DNA of 63,000 nucleotides, filler included, from Kipferlia bialata (Eukaryota): NCBI GenBank assembly GCA_003568945.1. It is 7 parts of 7 records of this genome, joined end to end, with 100 filler letters (N's around TTAATTAATTAA, not from the genome) between each part and the next. Parts side by side here need not be neighbours in the genome. Positions count along the whole stretch, not along the records: positions 35,212 to 46,957 come from BDIP01001189.1; positions 47,058 to 58,802 come from BDIP01001190.1; 5 more parts are not named here. The stretch is one strand, 5' to 3'. How positions within the stretch are numbered: the first letter of the stretch is position 1; every line of letters starts with the position of its first letter. The notes below the pieces were generated by a model that had not been told where the DNA came from, did not search any database, and saw only the letters and a list, made by a program, of their open reading frames with translations. This document shows positions 38,466 through 52,828 of this stretch, piece after piece. Made by a program: the position numbers and the translations under genes.

Positions 38466-38608
38466 AAGAGAGGCATATATATACCCATAGAGACACGTTG
38501 AATTAATGATATGACACGATGTTTGGGGGGGGGGGGGGGGGGGGGGGGGTGGGGGCCCCCCCCCCCCCCCCCCCTCCCCCGTATCCTTCTCATAACCTCT
38601 CATGTCAG

Positions 38609-41600
38609 GTTCATATAAGCTCATCGAGTGTGGGGTACATCAGGAGCTGATTGACGACCTCTCAGCTTATGAAGACAGCGATGCAATTCTCCACAGCATC
38701 CAACTACTCAAAGTGATTGCAGCAGGTGAGTATCACAACTGTTCCCGTCCTACATGTGTCATAACCCCAGGAAACTGTGAGAGGTTTTGTGTGTGTGGCA
38801 ATGAGGATCATCTCAGCCGCTTTCGGCAGGAAGGTATGTATGACTGGTGTCACTTTATAGACGAGTTTTCCCTGTACAACCTGTCCCTTTTGCTTTCATA
38901 GTATGAATCATACTTCTTCATATGAATACAGTCTTGACATATCATTCAGGACGCCGTCCCTTATTGGATTATCTTAGAGTGCTAGGGTGTTATACTGTCA
39001 TCGTTTGGTCTCTTCTCACCTAGATGAACTGGTCAGAGAGACTTTGGTTTCTGACGGAATCCTGCCTGCGATTGTCAGTACATGGGAGAGTCACACTGAT
39101 AACCCTACCCTCCTGGGCTCCATCACCTCTCTAGTTAGCCAGCTCTTCCTTGCAGGTAGACCCTCTGCTTCCATGTCCATTTGAGTATACTTGTGTTGTT
39201 CTGATGCCTCATATCCAGAGTCCTGCCGATCCAAGATCCTCAACGGTCCCATCCCTCGTCTGATGCTTGAGGCTCTCCAGAAACATCACAATATCCCTGC
39301 GTTCACTCAGAAGTTCGTGAAGTTCTTCAAGGAACAGCAAAGCGTCCTGGCTAGCCAAGGTGTGGCTAGGCTACTCCCCCCCCCCCTCCATACATTAATG
39401 CATACATATATTGGCTCCCGTATTTTGTTACATCAGACGATACTGAGACTGGTTGCACCCTGCTCTCCAGTGCCCTAGACATACTGATTCCCCTCGCACC
39501 CTTTGTCCACACAGACACCTATGTCACTACACTCATGCTGTGTGGATGTCTACAGCCCCTGCCAGGTACAGTAGTACTGTGATATTGTTGATCTCTGTTG
39601 ATGTATCTCTCCTCTGTCTCTCATTGCCGTGTATGATTCCATTGTATATTGTATATTGTCAAGTCAAATGTATGTATTCCTATTTTCTCTTGTCACATAA
39701 CACTGACTGTGTCAGAGTGGGGTGTCGTGGCGCAGAAGTACCGCCTAGCAGAGCTCCTTGTGTGGAATATCAGCAGGCTGACAGAGCAGTCCCCAGTCAG
39801 TATATCATTCTCCTTAACGGCCCTCTTCAGATTGGCAATGATAGGTGATTACAATGTACACCCAGTACTCTCTTCTGTAAGCATAGGTGCTACCACCTCT
39901 CTCTCTGTTTGTACGTGTGCGTATGGGTGTGTGTGTATGTGTGTTGACTATCAGATGATGACGCTGTCAAGGGCTACCTTTCTGACTCGGGAGTGGTTGA
40001 TGCCGCACTGACTGTCATATCCACCCGTCCCACCGACGCTGAGATTGTTACTGAGGCGTTTGGCATCCTGGCTGGCATCAGTGACTCTGGTACGGTGCTT
40101 CCTAGCATATTTTACTTTACTTTCAAGACTCTACGACTGATCACATTCTCATTTGCAGCATGATGTTGATACTTGTATTTTCTCATCTCAGAGGGTCAAG
40201 TGGACAAGCTGGTGAATCGAGAGTGCCACGTCTCAGCAGTGAAGGCACTCACCACGTCCATTCTGGTGGGGTCACAATGATCTTGACTGCTCTCTAGAGT
40301 GCACCTTCCTTTAGTACACTCGATTTCTTCCTGGTCACTCACTGCCAGGCACCAGAACTGGTGAATCGCGTCACGTATCTGCTCTCCAACATGGTCCATG
40401 AAGGTGCCCGCCTTCATCACATATATTATGTGTATTTCCTACCCCTGTATCTGCATCACTGGTCTCCTAGCTGACCCAGAGGTGGACAGGGAGCTTATGC
40501 AGAAGACTAGCATCGATGCGCTGTCGACAGTTCTCCGCAAGTATACGGTGACCAATGATATTGTGTTCCCTGTCCTCCAGATCATAGAGAGACTCACAAG
40601 GAAAGGTATGGTCACTGTTTCTTCAACTATTCGTAGTGAATGCTGTATACACCCTGACTGACCTGTTAGAGGAGTATCAGCCAGCCCTCATCGAGATTCT
40701 GCCCTGGGTGGAATCCGCTGGGTCATTCGTGAACACAGCTGACACAAATACTCACACTCTGCTGAGAAGCATTAAGGTAATCATAGTGAGTATTTCTAGG
40801 GTTTATATCACTCCTCTATTCCACTGAATCTCCCTACTCTCACACTCAGGCGCGTCTCCATGTAGGGACCCGTCGTATTCTCACCGACACCACAGATGCC
40901 CATCCCCTGACATCTGGGACCCTGGAGGAGATTGTCAAGGCACAAATCGAACTCAAGTTCGGTCAGAGGCTCGGCAATATCAGTCACGCTTACGGCTCTG
41001 TTTGTCTGCCGCCCGATTCTGTCATGGTACTCTACATGCCGGACCAGGGGGAAACCCCTCGAGTTGACTTCTGCGACGCCCTTCGCTCATTGTCTCTGCG
41101 AGTCATTGACCTACAGTCCTGCCAGAGTGTTAGTGCTCTCAAACGAGAGATGGTTGGTGACGGATTCATAGTGGTATGTTCATACTCCACTATCAATGCA
41201 AAGCCAAAATCCAAAATGCAGAAGCTGCACGCTGGCCTGTGGCGGGAGCTGGCTAGGAAGCGGTGCAAGGGGACTGGGGCATTCATGGTTCTAGATGAGG
41301 TGTGTAGCTGCTCAGTATTGTAGTATATGGTCCTAGAGTGTATGTCCCATTCCACTCATCCCAGAGACAGGTTCAGAAGGATGAAAGTGCTGCCAGGGTT
41401 CTCTACACGAAGTTGTGCTCAATGGTCAACACCATGTTCGTTAAGCTGGTGCCTCAGGGGGCACAGCAGGACCTGTACAAGTATGGTATGGGATTCCTAC
41501 TAGGATAGTGTCAATATTATACACCTTTTCATCATGTAGCTGTCCCCAACAACCAGACACTGTCCTCTGCGTCCCCTTCGATAGGTACTTTGGGGAGGTG

Positions 41601-41639
41601 TGGGCCAGCCCCCTCTGTGGGGTGGACTATCAGAGATAG
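38609..41639 (+). CDS. Multi-exon armadillo/HEAT-like helical repeat protein with an alpha/beta C-terminal domain (5'-partial)
   Basis: ARM-like segments VRETLVSDGILPAIVSTWESHTDNPTLLGSITSLVSQL, CRSKILNGPIPRLMLEALQKHHN, DRELMQKTSIDALSTVLRKYTVTNDIVFPVLQIIERL. Long exon 40850-41299; ends SPLCGVDYQR*. Confidence 0.7.
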
Positions 41640-41827
41640 GAGTGGCATTTGGCTATATACCTTCCTTAAGACAACACTCACATTTATCCATTCAATACAT
41701 TCTCAAGAGAATGTGCTACATGGAGATAGATTTCATCGTGTCACTGCTCTATGGATAGAGTCACTAAAGTCATACATGTATGGCAGTTGACCATCAATCA
41801 ATCAAGTGTTGAGCGTGTGCATCACTG

Positions 41828-44800
41828 TCACATCAGTCTATGCAGGGTGTCTAAGGCACCATCCAGATCACAGGGAGGCATACACGCCCCCTCAGCACAT
41901 ATGTACACCAGGGTATCTGGGCCCCCCCTCTCTGTGTAAAGCGCCTCTTTCTCGGAGAGGAGGGGGATGCAACTCCCTTCACCGCTGGATGCAGCAATCA
42001 GAACCCTTGCTCCTACACACAGCCCATCTACTTCCCTCCTTAGTCTCTGCCCCCATTCCAGATGGGATGGGCCCAGTACACAGACCTCAACAGGCTCTAC
42101 AGTGAGTGTCTGCAGGAACAGTCTGGCCCAGTTGGAGTGGCCTAGGCCCCTCATCTGCTTGAAGACTGGTGACACATCCCTTACGGTTAGGGGCAGAGAA
42201 TGAATATGCACCGCCATACGCAAAGAGCCACACCTGAGCATATTCTTTGCAATGGTTGTGTAAGGAGGGGTGTCACCCTCCTCTCCTGACGCAGTAGTGC
42301 AGAGTGCACCTAGCGACAATAGAGCCTCACACATCACTGGGGTGAGTGACACGGAGAGCGGTTCTGAATAATGGTATCAGTGTAGACATACCTGAGTTAC
42401 TGGCAGGTATGACGTTGTCCTCTGTCTCCACTGTGAGAGAGGGGAGGGCTGGATCGAGGGAGGATGTGAAGGGAAGCAGGGTGGTGGTAGTCCCATCACC
42501 AGACATATCTCTAGGGAAGTACTGAAGACAATGATCGGCACACAACCTAGGGTGGGAAGACGTAAGTGACAAGGAGACTATATACACTTATGTGCCCGTC
42601 ACCAACCTCGCGGATATCACCCACTCCTCCTCAAAGGTTACGCGATAGAGGGCTAGAAAGGCAGCAACGGTGTGTGCATAGTCCTCAAGGAACCCATTGA
42701 CAGAGAGTGATACTGTGGGGGTATCAGCACCCTCTGGAGTTGATACCGTACACACCCTCATCAACTGTCCAGGCAGTAGAGTAAGGCCACTCCCCTCTGG
42801 GTCTCCCCCTCCCATCACGACATCCCTGAGGTATGTGCCACATCTCACAGCCAGACTCAGGAGACCAGGGTCAGACAGAGCCCGGTAACCATCAACTAGG
42901 CCTAGGGTGAGAACCGTAGATGACAATTCTATAGAGTCGATAGGAATCTAGTGTCTCCCATACCTACCACAGTCATTGCGTTCCATGCAGTTAGTGCCTT
43001 GGTGTCACGACCAGGTCTAGATCTCTGCTCACGGACATCTGATGTCAGCACACAACATGATGACCCAAACAAAGATGTGTATATAAATATGTGTCACCAA
43101 CCTAGCAGCTTGGACTTGACTGCACTCAGTCTCTCTAGGAAGTTAGACACCTCCAGTCCCTGTGTTAACAAACAATACAAATACTCATATTGTGACTCTC
43201 CTAGCAGAGATGACTATACCTTGCTCAGAGCGAATGCCTCCGGCGTCTTGTCACACTTGAGAATGTTGAGCCCCTTCTCCCAGTTGCCACTGTCAGACAC
43301 CCCAAAGAAGTCGGCAAAGAGAGGATAGTCAGTCTCTCCCAACACCTGGCATCAATGGTACTAATAGACAGAGCCTTCAGTGGATTGGGCCTACCTCCCT
43401 CAGCTCTGTGTGCGTCCATGCATAGAAGGCACCCTCACCCCCCTCGCTGTCTGCGTCTAGAGAGGCCAAGAATGCTATGGGGCTCTCTCCCTCCCTATCA
43501 GAGGGGACTGACACTAGCAGCTCCCTCTCCAAGAAGGAAGCGGTCTCAGACACCACCCTTCTAAAGAGGGGAAGCAGAGGGGAGGGAGGCCCGTCCTGGC
43601 TGGCCATCTGGATACACGCATGGCTGTATAGTGACATCAGTTGTCCGTTGTCGTAGAGCATCTTCTCGAAGTGGGGTATGTGCCATCCAGCATCCACTGA
43701 GTACCTGGGGTGGGAGGAAGGAGGCATAGTGATGGGTGCAGCAATGTTGCATCTATGTTGCAGCAACATATATCAGTGTGTTCTTATCATAGATCAATAC
43801 ACTACACCTCAATGATAACAACGAACAACAGTGTTCACCTGCAGAACCCCCCACCCACTTGGTCGTGTATGCCTCCCCGGGCCATGCACTCGAGGGTGAA
43901 GGCAACGTGGGACGCGACCCTCTCAGACTCTGCTTGGTGTTAGAGGTAGGATATATAACGTATCTGAGAATGTATTAGTCATACCTTCAGGTGAAGGCCT
44001 GGTGGCACTGTATGGGGCCTCTGGCTGGGGCCCATCTCTCTCTCTCTCCTCCTTCTCCTCTCGTTCTGCCTGTGCTGCATATCCCAGTAGGTACTCATAC
44101 ACACAGGGCATCGGGAACTTGGGGGCCTCTCCCATCCCTAGGGTGAGAGTGTGTATAGAGATTATATAGTATACACCCATGCCTAGGATAAGAGAGAGTG
44201 TAGATTGCCTGAATATAGTAGGCATACTGACCTCCCAGAAGATGGTCAAACCGGCCTGAGAGAGCGGTGGTGGTAGTGGTAAGGTCAATGCGAGTGACAC
44301 CTGTAGTGAGAGGAGGCATTTTTAATCGGTGGATCACAATACATATGGTTGCAAGACTGATACTTCTAGTATGATTCCCACCTGATCCCGCATCTGCCTT
44401 CTTGACTGAGTACATCTTGGAGCATGCATCATGGATAGCGGCACTCTGGCCTGTGGGGTTAGGTACAATAATTCGAGGGGAGGGTAGGTACAGCAATATA
44501 CACTCAGTCAATATTACAATACCACCCACGTGGGAAACACAGTATATACCTAGCAGCTCTGCCCTCTGTTCCTGGTACATGGATGCCATGAGACTGAGGA
44601 TGCGGAGGAAGGAGGCCTGGGGTGAGGGGGATATAGAGTGTAGACCACTTCATGCACATACACTTTCAGGAGTGTTCCTATACCTTTGGCCAGTATGTCC
44701 CCCCAAAGACAGGTCTGCCATCAGGCAGTGCAAAGCAGTTGAGGGGCCACCCCCCACTCCCACTGATCATGGTCACGGTGTCCATATAGACCTGGAGGGT

Positions 44801-45161
44801 GAGGGCAGAGCTACTGCACAGGTAAGAGGTTGAAGGTAGGAGTGTCTCACCTTGTCCACGTTGGGATGCTCCTCTCTATCCACCTTGACACACACAAAGT
44901 GCCTGAGGGTGAACAATTATAAGAAGGGTATCACACTCAATAGTGAGTATAGCATATCACGTACTCATTCATGAATGTTGCTACAGTTGTATCCTCAAAG
45001 CACTCGTGGGCCATCACATGGCACCAGTGGCACGCAGAGTAGCCTAGGGTCAGGACACTCCTAGTGTGTACATATAGTATATATACATATATAGATGTAT
45101 CACTCTGAATAGAAGGCAACATACCTACACTGACCAATAGAAGCTTGTCCTCATTCACGGC
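41828..45161 (-). CDS. SPATA20: SPATA20/SSP411/YyaL-family protein (DUF255 thioredoxin-like domain + alpha/alpha toroid), 5'-partial
   Basis: Family motifs across exons: [141 protein letters not shown]. Confidence 0.93.
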
Positions 45162-45314
45162 CTGGGGTGGGCAGAGAACAGTGGAGAGAGGGGTGAATAG
45201 ATATTGGGAAGACAGGGAGGAAAGACGAGAGAGGGGAGAGGAAGTGGGAGAGAGAATGGGGATGGTGGGGGGGGGGGGGGGGGGGGGCGGCACCACCCCC
45301 CCCCCCCCCCCCTT

Positions 45315-45348
<34 letters not shown>

Positions 45349-45357
45349 ATCCCCCAG

Positions 45358-46918
<1,561 letters not shown>

Positions 46919-46957
46919 CTACTCTATATACTCTATATTATATATATATACTACATA

Positions 46958-47057
46958 NNNNNNNNNNNNNNNNNNNNNNNNNNNNNNNNNNNNNNNNNNN
47001 NTTAATTAATTAANNNNNNNNNNNNNNNNNNNNNNNNNNNNNNNNNNNNNNNNNNNN
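46958..47057. other. Artificial contig-join spacer
   Basis: N44-TTAATTAATTAA-N44. Confidence 0.98.
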
Positions 47058-47211
47058 TTTGCCGCCCTCCCCCCCCAACCCCCCCCCCCCCCCCCCAGAG
47101 TTATGTTCTGCTCTCTCTCTCTGCCCGCTGATTCGTCTCTCTTTACTCATAAAGCACGACCTATCATGTAAGTATTCTATGATATATGCGTGTATACATA
47201 CTCACCCCCAG

Positions 47212-50200
47212 GTGGTCCCCCTTCCTCCTACACCCAGACAGACATCTCGGCGTCATTCACAGAACAGGAGTACGCAGATGGATTGTACGTATATGTATAT
47301 ATATATATATACTGCGCATATCTCTAATGATAATGATAATTTCTGTGACGGTGGATGTAGCGTCCATCCGTATTATATAGTTATCTCCCCACCCCAGGTC
47401 CGATCGGTACTATCTGTACCCTGACCCAGCAGACAAGCTCTACCACATAGACCTGTCAGTATCAGGTACAGTACTATCTCACTCGTCGTTATTTCATTAC
47501 TGCTGTACCATTTCACGTCAATGTCTGAAGCAGGTGGGGGTTTGTCTCAACATTGGATATCATAGATATCTGTTGAATATGGTCCAGTCTTGTATTGTGT
47601 ATACCGGACTGCTACCTAGAGTAATTGAGAACCATGCCCAAATAACCATAGGGAACCTGAGGCACGGTGACCAGTTGCTACTGTACTCTGGGCTGTGCTC
47701 CGGAGGTATGTGTATCCTACTCTGTTATATCATTGTAGATGGAAGGGAGTGCCAATGTATTATTCTTGTTGTCTACATATCCCTGATGATACTGCTGTAC
47801 TCCGGGTTGTGTTCAGGAGGAGGTAGGTGGAGTTCATGCAATAGTCTTGAGTCCGTTAGTTTGTTATCACACGTACACATGTATCCGATGTTGTACTCAC
47901 CTCGCCTCCCCTAAGGTGACCCCCCCCCCTCCTCTCCTGTCAATGGTATGTGCATGTCAGTGTGGTTATTATTATGGTACATATATGTCTCTCTCTCTCT
48001 CTCTATACATTTATATACCTTACCCCCAGATGCCTCCTCCCTCTCTGTCTAACGTGTAAGTCAGTGTGGTTACTATGATATGATGTTTATGTATCTGATA
48101 ATGCCATGTACCTAATACCTTTAGATGCCTCCTCCCCCTCTGTCACTAGTATACATATTAGAGTGGTTACTTCTATGTATAGTTCTATATGCATCTTACT
48201 TCTAGACGCCTCCTCCCCCTCTGTCTCCGGTGTGTCTGATGTCATATGGACAGGGGAGGGAGACATGGACCAGGAGACACCATCGGTTCAGCTAGGAGGT
48301 ACAGTGCTTCTGTGTTATCAATTGTAATGTAATTGTATTGTAACTGTATTGTCACCGATACCATCTGTACAGTTTCAGGCTGGTGTACTGATATTGTTTG
48401 AACGCGATGTATCTTACTGTTTCTGACCAATCAGCCACCGAGAACTGCGTCTTTCTGGTCTTTGACACTGTCAGATCTGGTCATTCTGTGCATGGCTATG
48501 GATTCACATGTATGTAGCCATTGTGTGTTAATTTAGCTCATCTAATTCAGTTCACATATAACTTGACAGGAACCTATAGGTTCAGTTCTATATTCGTTTA
48601 CAATCCACTATGTATTCCAATCATGTGACTTCAGGCCAGTACGAGTGGCATGTCCAGGCCCATACATACCCATATGGGGCTGGTACCATTGCCAGTACCC
48701 CAGTGGCATTCCCACAGTGCGTGTGTGTCACATATCATTTCAGTCTTCTATTTCCATTCTCCCCATATATCTACCCTCACCCGTGTCTGTGACTGTTACA
48801 TATTATTCTCACTCCCCTAGGAATGACGTGTACATCATGCCTAACATCGACTGGTCTGACCTGGACTCTGTGGCTGTGACATGCACTGGGTCTGGGTACA
48901 GTGCCACCCTGTCACTCTACACGGGTACATGCACAGGAGGTGAGGCACTATTATTGTTTGTATTGTGTGTGTGACTATCTCCCTCTCTCACCACCAGATG
49001 GTGCCTCTGCTACTGCCACTGGCGAGCATCTAGTCATATCGCAGTCAGGCAACTTAGACCTCAGGAGTATGCCTACCATACCAGGTATATATATGTGTTG
49101 AGATATGAATGGATGTATTGATCTGTCGTATATACCTCAGCAGTATGCCAACCGTACCAGGTATAGATCTGTGTTGCGATATCAGTGTATGTATTGATCT
49201 GTCGTATATACCTCAGGAGTATGCCAACCATACCTGATTGATACTGATACCTATCATTGTTTCATACAGCCACGACTTCTTGTATTGATTGGTGATAAGT
49301 CCTGTCTCATCCCCACCCCAGCTGGTGACGACTGTGCCTATCTCAGATGGGTCACAGAGGAGGGGACAGACGACACCCAGTTCTCATGTGAGTGAGATTA
49401 GTATAGGATTCATGTGTGTATATACATATGTGAATATATATGTATATGTATATATCCGTATGATGCAGTCCTGTCTATGTAGTGTATGGAACCAGAATTG
49501 AGTAGTAATGCCTCTTTCCATACATATACCCAATACCAACCCCAGGTGACTTCGTGTGGGGCACCAGTGTCAGTATGCTGGATGGGACCAGTGGGACATT
49601 CACAAACTACCAGGGATACTACCACAACGAGTGAGTGTCTTTGTGAGTGAATATAGTGATAATGTAGTATACAATATATATATAGTGTATCTAGTCATCC
49701 CTTTCTTTTGGATAAATAGAATAGTTTCCATTATCACGCGTTGAGGCGTTGACATACTCTGTGACTCACTGTCAGGGACATCAAGTTCATTGCCTACCCA
49801 GACTGGAGTGGAAGCAGCTTGAACACCCTTTCCATTCAATGCACAGGTAGGGTGTATCACAATGTATCATCATAGCATGTGTTGTTGGCGCATACGCTGT
49901 TAAAACATTTGTATTTGATGTGCAACTACTAGCTGCTGCTGCTCCCTCATTACAGGTAGCACTGGCAACAGTGACTACCTGAGTGTATATACAGCCAGGT
50001 GTAGCACGGAGGGGGATACCCATGGTGGGTGGGACTGACTTCACTACTACTTCCTACACACTAGTGTATTCACTCGTTGAACTCTTTTTGAGTACTGTTT
50101 TGTATGACCTCTATCCCCAGTCCCCCCTGTGACCATTGAGGATGCAGTCCAGATAGTGTCGGAGGATGGCACATTGGACTTCTCTGTGGATATGCTCATC

Positions 50201-50815
50201 AGGAGAAGGGGCAGAGACGGTATGTCAGAGTATCAATGTACAGTGAAATCACTGAATATATGTTGACAGTATGGCATTTGCTAAAATTGTTCTATGTATA
50301 TCGCTCACTCCAGAGAACCTTCCGAACTGCGCATATGTGTCCTGGGTCACCAATGGAATGGGGGAGTACTACACGGGATTCGAGTGTGAGTCCTTGTGTA
50401 TATATCTGTTGTACTCTAGACTCTTGTTTCCAGTATTACTTTGACCCCAGGCACCTATGAGTGGTCCTTTGGCTGGACGTGGTTCCTGACCCTCCTGTGT
50501 CTGATAGGTGCAGCCCTTCTATGCTGCATTGGCTACTGCGTCTGTATACGGACTAAGAAGTGCAAGAGTAAGGGCGCAGATTCCTCAGAGCTTCTACCCC
50601 TCACCAGTGAGACTGGCGGAGTGGGAGAGAGTGGTATGAAGGGAGAGGGCCTGCACATAGCGTGTGATGTGTCAAACCCTAACAGGATGGACGAGTATGA
50701 GACAGAGTGGAATGGGGCTGGGAGCGTCTATCAGCAGAGGGGGTCTCGGTCTCCCTCGATGCTGACTGACGTTGCAAGGGGCACTGAGGAGGAGATCCAG
50801 ATCAACGGCTGGTGA
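47212..50815 (+). CDS. Multi-exon type I membrane protein (5'-partial) with a beta-rich, possibly CUB-like ectodomain
   Basis: Exons SDRYYLYPDPADKLYHIDLSVS|GNLRHGDQLLLYSGLCSG and NDVYIMPNIDWSDLDSVAVTCTGSGYSATLSLYTGTCTG. The last exon has TM WTWFLTLLCLIGAALLCCIGYCVCI followed by RTKKCKSK and a short tail. Confidence 0.65.
49059..49235 (+). repeat. Young 75-bp tandem duplication (about 2.4 units) spanning an exon/intron donor
   Basis: ACCTCAGSAGTATGCCWACCRTACCAG|GTATAKAT..GTATTGATCTGTCGTATAT is repeated. Confidence 0.88.
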
Positions 50816-51075
50816 TGCATCGACGTTTTTTTTCTGTTTTCTACATATTACTCCTGTCGTTATCTGCATATTGATTCGCTGTCCTTCCACTACAATTTAT
50901 GTGAACAGCTTCAATGTATGTACTCTATTGGGTGTGTAAGTTGTTGGTTTTAGACTGGAGAGACTATATGAGTGAATTGCATTAGAATAAGGCCGTCAAA
51001 GTAGTATACATACAAGAGACAGCAATTAAGAATCCCAAGAGGTCTCATCAAATACCGGAATTTCAGTCACCACTT

Positions 51076-52044
51076 TCAGGGTCCGAAACCCGCAGTGGTC
51101 ATGACCTCCTCAGGAAGAGTGTCTGTATGTACTAGGTAGGCATGGTCCTGGTTTGCCAGTAGAAGGATGTGAGTGGGACTGAGCACGCACAAGATGACTC
51201 CAAAGATGGGCGGTGACTCCAGCTGTACCCAATCCCTCGTCTCCCACTCATCAGACACTACATCATACACATGTATGGCCACCACTGTGTCTCTGGTTCC
51301 TCCATCTCCAATTATGACTTGGCTATTGGTTCCAAGTGGCAATCCCCGAAATCTTTTGAATGGCGTAGAGGTATCTTCCACCCATGGAGAGTGAATGAGA
51401 TCTGATCTCACGTGAGGGGCTGAGAAGTGGTCGTCAGTGTTCAGGAGTGTGTCACTACGGAGGATACCGAAGATATGTGGTACACCAGCAACACTCACAC
51501 ACCTCTGCCGTCTCATCGGATAGGGTAGGTCCCGGAGTCTAATCCAACTCCCCCGCTCTGTATCGTACTCCCACACAGACTTGTCACCATTCTGTGTACC
51601 ACCCGCCACTACAAGTCTTCCCTCGTGTTCAAAGGCTGCATGGTCGTATCTCCCCTCAGGCCACTCCCCTCTCCTTGGTACCAGACGCCACTGTCTAGTA
51701 GCAATGTCAAAGACGTGTAAGTCAGACATACGCTCCGTTACACGCCTCTTTGCTGTATAACTGAGGTATCGGTATGGTACTCTTCCCCCAAACATCAGCA
51801 CCTCTCCGCCTATTCTGGTGAGAGATGGACGCTCTCTGACTATTGGAAGTAGTGATTGCAACTGCTCTCCTGTCATTGTTGCACTCTCGATGTCTACAGT
51901 CCACACAGAGTATGTAGTTTCCTTTCCTAACATTGGCACATACAACACCTCATTGTGCCCTATACACACCATGGTTCCATACAGACAGTCCTTCAGTGGG
52001 AATTGTACATTCAGACACTGTGGTGTCTCAAGGCAACCAGACAT
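51076..52044 (-). CDS. Intronless kelch-repeat protein (322 aa)
   Basis: Kelch motifs EVLMFGGR..SDLHVFDIATRQWRLV..WPEGRYDHAAFEHEGRLVVAGG..VWEYDTERGSWIRL. Confidence 0.88.
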   Translation of the reverse strand: MSGCLETPQCLNVQFPLKDCLYGTMVCIGHNEVLYVPMLGKETTYSVWTVDIESATMTGEQLQSLLPIVRERPSLTRIGGEVLMFGGRVPYRYLSYTAKRRVTERMSDLHVFDIATRQWRLVPRRGEWPEGRYDHAAFEHEGRLVVAGGTQNGDKSVWEYDTERGSWIRLRDLPYPMRRQRCVSVAGVPHIFGILRSDTLLNTDDHFSAPHVRSDLIHSPWVEDTSTPFKRFRGLPLGTNSQVIIGDGGTRDTVVAIHVYDVVSDEWETRDWVQLESPPIFGVILCVLSPTHILLLANQDHAYLVHTDTLPEEVMTTAGFGP

Positions 52045-52828
52045 ACTGCTTGGTCAATTACAGAGTGGATAGAGCAGAAGATCTGTGCCTTTGGGCTGAA
52101 CTGTTGACCAGAAGGCATCTCTATCCCAGTTGAATGAGATTGTACTGTATGTCTGAGGGTCTACTGTAGACTTTACAGCAACACAGGGCATGGATGCCTT
52201 CCAACACTATCATAGCACATACAGGGTTCCTGAATATGAAAACTGGCAGGGTATCCCTATGGATCGTGACTATATTCTCGAAATTCCATTATAAACATAT
52301 AAAATGTCAACACCTTCTGACTTGCAATCTATTTGACGAGTAAAGAGCTCTTCCTACTCGACACTCCTCAGAGGAGTCTCCTCTAGAACACGCCAGCTAT
52401 TGAGGCATAGTTCCCAATGGCCTGAGGATTAGGCGAATCATCAACGATGTATCATATGGAGTATATGTATATACCTTGACCCGTGTGTTTGGCATTTCTA
52501 CTCAGTATTCTACTATATATCAGTATCTATAGATACTGGTTTATACCTTTCCTCTTGTGTTTGGCATTGCCCTGTAGTATGGCATTGCCTCGAGGAGGGT
52601 GGCACGCTCCGTCTAGAGGGTGAGAAGGAGTGCAAAACATAGTATAATAGTTCTGATGCGGGTGTGGTCTTAAGTATGCAGTAGGCCTAGTATCTCGTCC
52701 AAAACCACCCGCCACATCTATACTGAGGGGCCTGGTCATGCTACAGGCAGGTTGTATCAGGATGTGTCATCAGTGTATATGTTGTAAAGTATCATATATA
52801 GTACCACCCACCACATTGAGGGGCCTGG

